Virus record (IMG/VR): IMGVR_UViG_3300032030_000035
Location: 37,610-101,609 of that record
DNA: 64,000 nucleotides
Strand: one strand, 5' to 3'
From: a virus
Lineage: Duplodnaviria; Caudoviricetes
Of the stretch, positions 60,426 to 64,000 are shown piece by piece. Position 1 is the first letter of the stretch. Every line of letters begins with the position of its first letter. A model generated the notes under the pieces. It ran no database searches. It was not told the origin of the DNA and was given only the letters and a program-made list of their open reading frames with translations. The position numbers were made by a program, and so were the translations under genes.

Positions 60426-60677
60426 ATGAAAAAGGTAATATATGTATTAAGTTTATATGATTGTAATGGATACGATGATGGTCATGATAGTGATGAAGTT
60501 TTAAGTGCTTATGATACTGAGGAAGATGCCGAAAGAGGGATGCTTGACTATTACAATGGTTATATCTCTCCAAATTATGATGAACCTATTGCTAATACTA
60601 TCGAAGAGGTAGAGGCTTATTTAGACGAACTCAACTTTTATTACGATATTAAAGATATTCACTACTACACAAAATAA
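60426..60677 (+). CDS. Acidic hypothetical protein
   Basis: Operonic; Asp/Glu/Tyr-rich. Confidence 0.65.
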   Translation: MKKVIYVLSLYDCNGYDDGHDSDEVLSAYDTEEDAERGMLDYYNGYISPNYDEPIANTIEEVEAYLDELNFYYDIKDIHYYTK

Positions 60678-60691
60678 AAGGAGAAAATAAA

Positions 60692-60874
60692 ATGAAATTT
60701 GCTGTTAGTAAAACAATAACTATAGACAAGACAGAGCGTGAAATACTTACACGTTTTGAAGCAATGATAGATGAAATGGACTTAGATGCAACACAGTTAG
60801 AACAGTTGCTATTTGATATTTACCGTGGAAAAACGGGTAGTGATGATATTTTCATCAAGTATGAGGATGATTAA
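60692..60874 (+). CDS. Small acidic protein
   Basis: AAGGAG RBS. Confidence 0.65.
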   Translation: MKFAVSKTITIDKTEREILTRFEAMIDEMDLDATQLEQLLFDIYRGKTGSDDIFIKYEDD

Positions 60875-61110
60875 AAAAATAAGCCGCTCAAGTATTGACT
60901 TGGACGGCTCGTTTGCACTTGAAACGAGCCGAACTTTCCATTATACCACCTGCCGCAAAATTTGTCAAGAGAAAAAGTGAAAAAATTTTCACAAAATTTA
61001 ATCCTAAAATTTGTGCAATTTTTTACTCAAAACTACTTGCAATTATTTTAAATAAGAGTATAATTATAATTGTAAGGAAGATAATACACAACAGAAAAGA
61101 GGTAACTGTT

Positions 61111-61632
61111 ATGAGTAAAAAATTAAAGGGTTTAAAAAAATTAAATAAGGTTATCGGAACACCTATTAAAGAGCGTTTCGGTATTAGCAAAGTTTCTATG
61201 ACAAAAGATTTTGAATATAGTTTTGTTAAAGATAGGGTTGGTTGGTCTTTAGTTGAAAACGCATACGCACAGGAAGATTTTATCTCTTTTGTTAAGGATA
61301 GATTTAACTATGAGATAGGTAGATATAACTTTATAGCAAGTCTTTTGCATGAAGTCGGACACGCAAAAAACAATGATGATATCATTGATAGCGTTCAGGA
61401 TTTTTGCATTGACGAGAAAGAAAAAATAGCAAAAGAAATCAATAATGCTACCGATAGAGAAGAAATAAAGAAAATAAACTATAAATATTTCTCTCTCCCC
61501 GATGAAATTATGGCTACATCATGGGCAATAAAATATATGAAAAAACATCCTCGAATAATAGCAAAAATGTGGGATGAAATGTGGTCAGCGATTTTGGACT
61601 TTTATGAAAAAAATCACCTTGAGGAAGATTAA
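61111..61632 (+). CDS. HEXXH zinc metallopeptidase-like protein
   Basis: LLHEVGH and downstream PDE..A; GAGGT RBS before MSKKL. Confidence 0.65.
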   Translation: MSKKLKGLKKLNKVIGTPIKERFGISKVSMTKDFEYSFVKDRVGWSLVENAYAQEDFISFVKDRFNYEIGRYNFIASLLHEVGHAKNNDDIIDSVQDFCIDEKEKIAKEINNATDREEIKKINYKYFSLPDEIMATSWAIKYMKKHPRIIAKMWDEMWSAILDFYEKNHLEED

Positions 61633-61700
61633 ATCTTCCTTAAGGGGTTGACAATAGCAAGTTTAAGTGGTATAATAGTATCAGAAAGGAGATAAAAAGT

Positions 61701-62039
61701 ATGGCTAAAAAGAATATTGATAAAGAAGCATTGATAGATAAGATAATGGCGGAATGTGCCAAAGATGGTGAGCCTGTTACGCGGGAAGAGGCTGAGGAAA
61801 TGGCGGAAATGGAAATTAAAAGTGGTAACATTTCTAATTATGCCATTTCAGAGAAAAAGGAAAAGGTTGCTCGTAAACCTCGTGAAAAAAAGATTGACAA
61901 TGAAAAGGCAAAAATTATAGAAATTATAGGAAAAGCCTTGACAGATAACGGCTATAATGCTATAATAACTAATGTAGACAGAGAGATAACAATTGACAAT
62001 ATGACATTGGTACTTACAAAGCATAAAAAGAAAGGGTGA
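61701..62039 (+). CDS. Hypothetical protein
   Basis: Promoter and AAGGAG RBS. Confidence 0.7.
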   Translation: MAKKNIDKEALIDKIMAECAKDGEPVTREEAEEMAEMEIKSGNISNYAISEKKEKVARKPREKKIDNEKAKIIEIIGKALTDNGYNAIITNVDREITIDNMTLVLTKHKKKG

Positions 62040-62045
62040 TAAAAT

Positions 62046-62237
62046 ATGATTAAAATTGTAAGATATGGTTGTCCTATTCTATATTGTACTTGTAATAACT
62101 GTGGGTCGAAAATAAGTTATAATAAATATGATACAGAATATGAGCATGAAATGACAGAATACTATCTAAAACAATATGAATATTTAGAGTGCCCTGTATG
62201 TGCAAATAAAATTATTGTAGGAGAGGAGAATAAATAA
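62046..62237 (+). CDS. Zn-ribbon protein
   Basis: CNNCG...CPVC. Confidence 0.7.
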   Translation: MIKIVRYGCPILYCTCNNCGSKISYNKYDTEYEHEMTEYYLKQYEYLECPVCANKIIVGEENK

Positions 62238-62239
62238 AT

Positions 62240-62464
62240 ATGAGTGATATTTTAATTTTAAAAGCAAACATTTTAGGTGGTATGAATGAATATATCCATG
62301 AAATCGGAGATGAAGATGTCCTTAATGATTGGTATGCATATGGCATCCCCGATGGATGCACAGAAGAAATGCTTATGGACTTCGCAGGAGATGAAAGAAT
62401 ATTCATGAATATTGTTGATGTATTCAACTCAATATTAGTTGATATCAATGGTGTTAATTATTAA
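62240..62464 (+). CDS. Hypothetical protein (paralogue of 50930-51145)
   Basis: MSD..I...IL..MN..I...GDED....W...GIPD.C. Confidence 0.7.
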   Translation: MSDILILKANILGGMNEYIHEIGDEDVLNDWYAYGIPDGCTEEMLMDFAGDERIFMNIVDVFNSILVDINGVNY

Positions 62465-62985
62465 AGGGTTAGATAATAGCCCTTTTTTATTTTGTGACGG
62501 GAACGGGGAATGGAGGGGTCTGAGAAAATTAAATCTATATTTAATTTCCTCCGACGGGTCGCGATGAACCGCCGCGACCCGAAATTTCCATTATACCACT
62601 TTCCGCATATTTTGTCAAGTGAAAATTTGCACAAAAATTTACACATTTTAATCCTAAAATTATACTTTACTTTTGCTAAAATTTTTGATATAATTATTAT
62701 AGATGGAAAGGAAACAAGTCGGTAACGGCTTTAAGTAATGGGGTTTCCGTGGCTATATGTGAGGGTTTAGGTAGCCATCAAAAAAAATAAAAAATTTTTA
62801 TTGACAAACAAAAAATCTTATGTTATAATAAATATGTAAGATAAAGAAAGAGGAAAAGTCAAGTACCTCTTAAAAAATTTAAAAAAAAATAAAAAAAACA
62901 CTTGACAAACTTAATAAAGAATGTTATAATAATAACATAAAGAACAACAAACAAACAAATTTTTTAAGAAAGGTGGTCATTAACT

Positions 62986-63348
62986 ATGGCAGAGAAGAAA
63001 GTAACTAAGGTAGAGAAATTTAACGCAATTGCAAAGGTACTTGCTGATGCAGGTGTCAGCACACTCTCTATCCGCAACGAAGAGGTCAATGTAGCAGAGT
63101 TCATCGGTAACGAGGTTGCTCTTATCGAGAAGAAAGCATCAAAGGCTACAACCAAGAGAGTAGACAATTCAGAGGGTATTGCAAAGGTACGCGAGGTACT
63201 CGCAGACGGTAAGGCTTACACCCCTACTGAAATCCAGGCTCTCACTGGTCTTGTCAATACGCAGAAAGTCGCTTCAGTCCTCAAGGCTATGGGCGATAGC
63301 GTAAAGAGAGAGACAAAGGGCAAGAAAGTAACTTACAAACTTGCCTAA
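62986..63348 (+). CDS. Winged-helix DNA-binding protein
   Basis: YTPTEIQ...NTQKVASVLK...VKRETKGKKVTYKL wHTH-like; high-expression codon style; tandem promoters upstream. Confidence 0.6.
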   Translation: MAEKKVTKVEKFNAIAKVLADAGVSTLSIRNEEVNVAEFIGNEVALIEKKASKATTKRVDNSEGIAKVREVLADGKAYTPTEIQALTGLVNTQKVASVLKAMGDSVKRETKGKKVTYKLA

Positions 63349-63379
63349 TCGGAAATGGGGCTTTTAATAGCCCCATCCC

Positions 63380-63655
63380 TTAGGGGAAATTGGGTTTCGA
63401 AAGGCTTATCCCGAGTTGCAGACAAAAACTTGCTCCCTATGAAAAGCAGATGAAGTTTTTCCGTTGTGCATTACGATAAATCCCGTAGAAAAAAGGCAGA
63501 TGACGACGTTAGAAATAGGCTGTCCGTATGGTATAACGAGATAATACTACGCTTAAGATTTCCCGTGATACATTCATCTCATAAGGAGATGAAAGAAATC
63601 TCCTAAAAAGCATCCCATTATTACGAGGTCTGCAACTCGTAGGGGTGCTTTTTTT
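63380..63655 (+). ncRNA. Candidate structured RNA
   Basis: No ORF; perfect 12-bp long-range pairing 63412-63423/63628-63639; internal stems; terminator. Confidence 0.45.
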
Positions 63656-64000
63656 GTTTGGTCGGGCAGTTCGCTTCTCAAACTGCCCGAAATTTCCATT
63701 ATATCACATCCCGCAAAATTTGTCAAGAGGAAATTTGCACAAAGATTAAAAAAGTTTTATCCTAAATTTGTTACTTTTTACCTATTGTGTTATTTAAAAA
63801 ATTTTGATATAATCTATATATAAACAAAAGGGAACAAAAAATTTTTTAAACGGGAGTTATAAAAAATTTAAAAAACCCTATTGACAAATTTAAAAAAATT
63901 TGATATAATTATTACATAAGGTTAAGGAAAAACCAAAAAGTTTTAAAAAAAAGTCTTGACAGTTTTCAAAAAATCTGATATAATAAATATATAAGGTTAA

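Larger units (their letters stand above)
40010..63770. repeat. Dispersed family of 24 bipartite elements (8-bp/11-nt-spacer palindrome plus TCCYRAWAT 71-73 bp downstream)
   Basis: Palindromes at 40010, 40278, 41423, 41595 (20-nt loop), ~44660 (atypical), 45102, 45912, 46370, 47206, 47688, 48542 (12-nt loop), 49306, 50142, 51900, 52500, 53205, 53897, 55702, 56999, 58677, 59432, 60905, 62555 and 63663. Confidence 0.9.

Noticed and set aside
45102-63689. Hairpin loops as tRNA anticodon mimics
   Set aside because: The 7-nt loops mostly lack the U33-equivalent and purine-37 pattern.
40010-63770. CRISPR array or classical integron attC array
   Set aside because: Repeats are not identical, units are ~0.2-3 kb apart, there are no RYYYAAC/GTTRRRY ends, and no cas or integrase gene is in the window.

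Overview
AT-rich segment of a large tailed-phage genome. The host is probably a Bacillota (Firmicutes) bacterium, judging by strong AAGGAGG/GAAAGG RBSs and TTGACA-17-TGnTATAAT promoters. 1-2.2 kb (+): a 5'-truncated repeat-rich fibre/adhesin gene and a RuvC-like resolvase. 2.3-39.7 kb (-): a complete morphogenesis module comprising a Zn-finger/HTH regulator, a TerS-like protein, TerL, portal, protease-scaffold, decoration protein, major capsid, neck genes, tail tube, a 2870-aa tape measure, a 2651-aa tail protein and tail-tip proteins. No sheath gene was recognised, so the tail is probably long and non-contractile. 40-64 kb (+): about 50 small genes, tRNA-Lys, a tRNA-like RNA and several ORF-less structured transcripts, nearly all with their own consensus sigmaA promoter. 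The main finding is that this region is punctuated about every kb by 24 copies of a bipartite element. Each has a GC-rich 8-bp palindrome whose sequence varies but whose pairing and 11-nt spacer are mostly conserved, followed 71-73 bp later by TCC(C/T)(G/A)A(A/T)AT. In 16 copies a leftward promoter fires directly into the hairpin. An iteron-like block (12x AAACCC-N11-GGGTTT flanking AT-rich palindromic repeats) lies at 41.6-42.6 kb. All calls are by eye, with no database searches.
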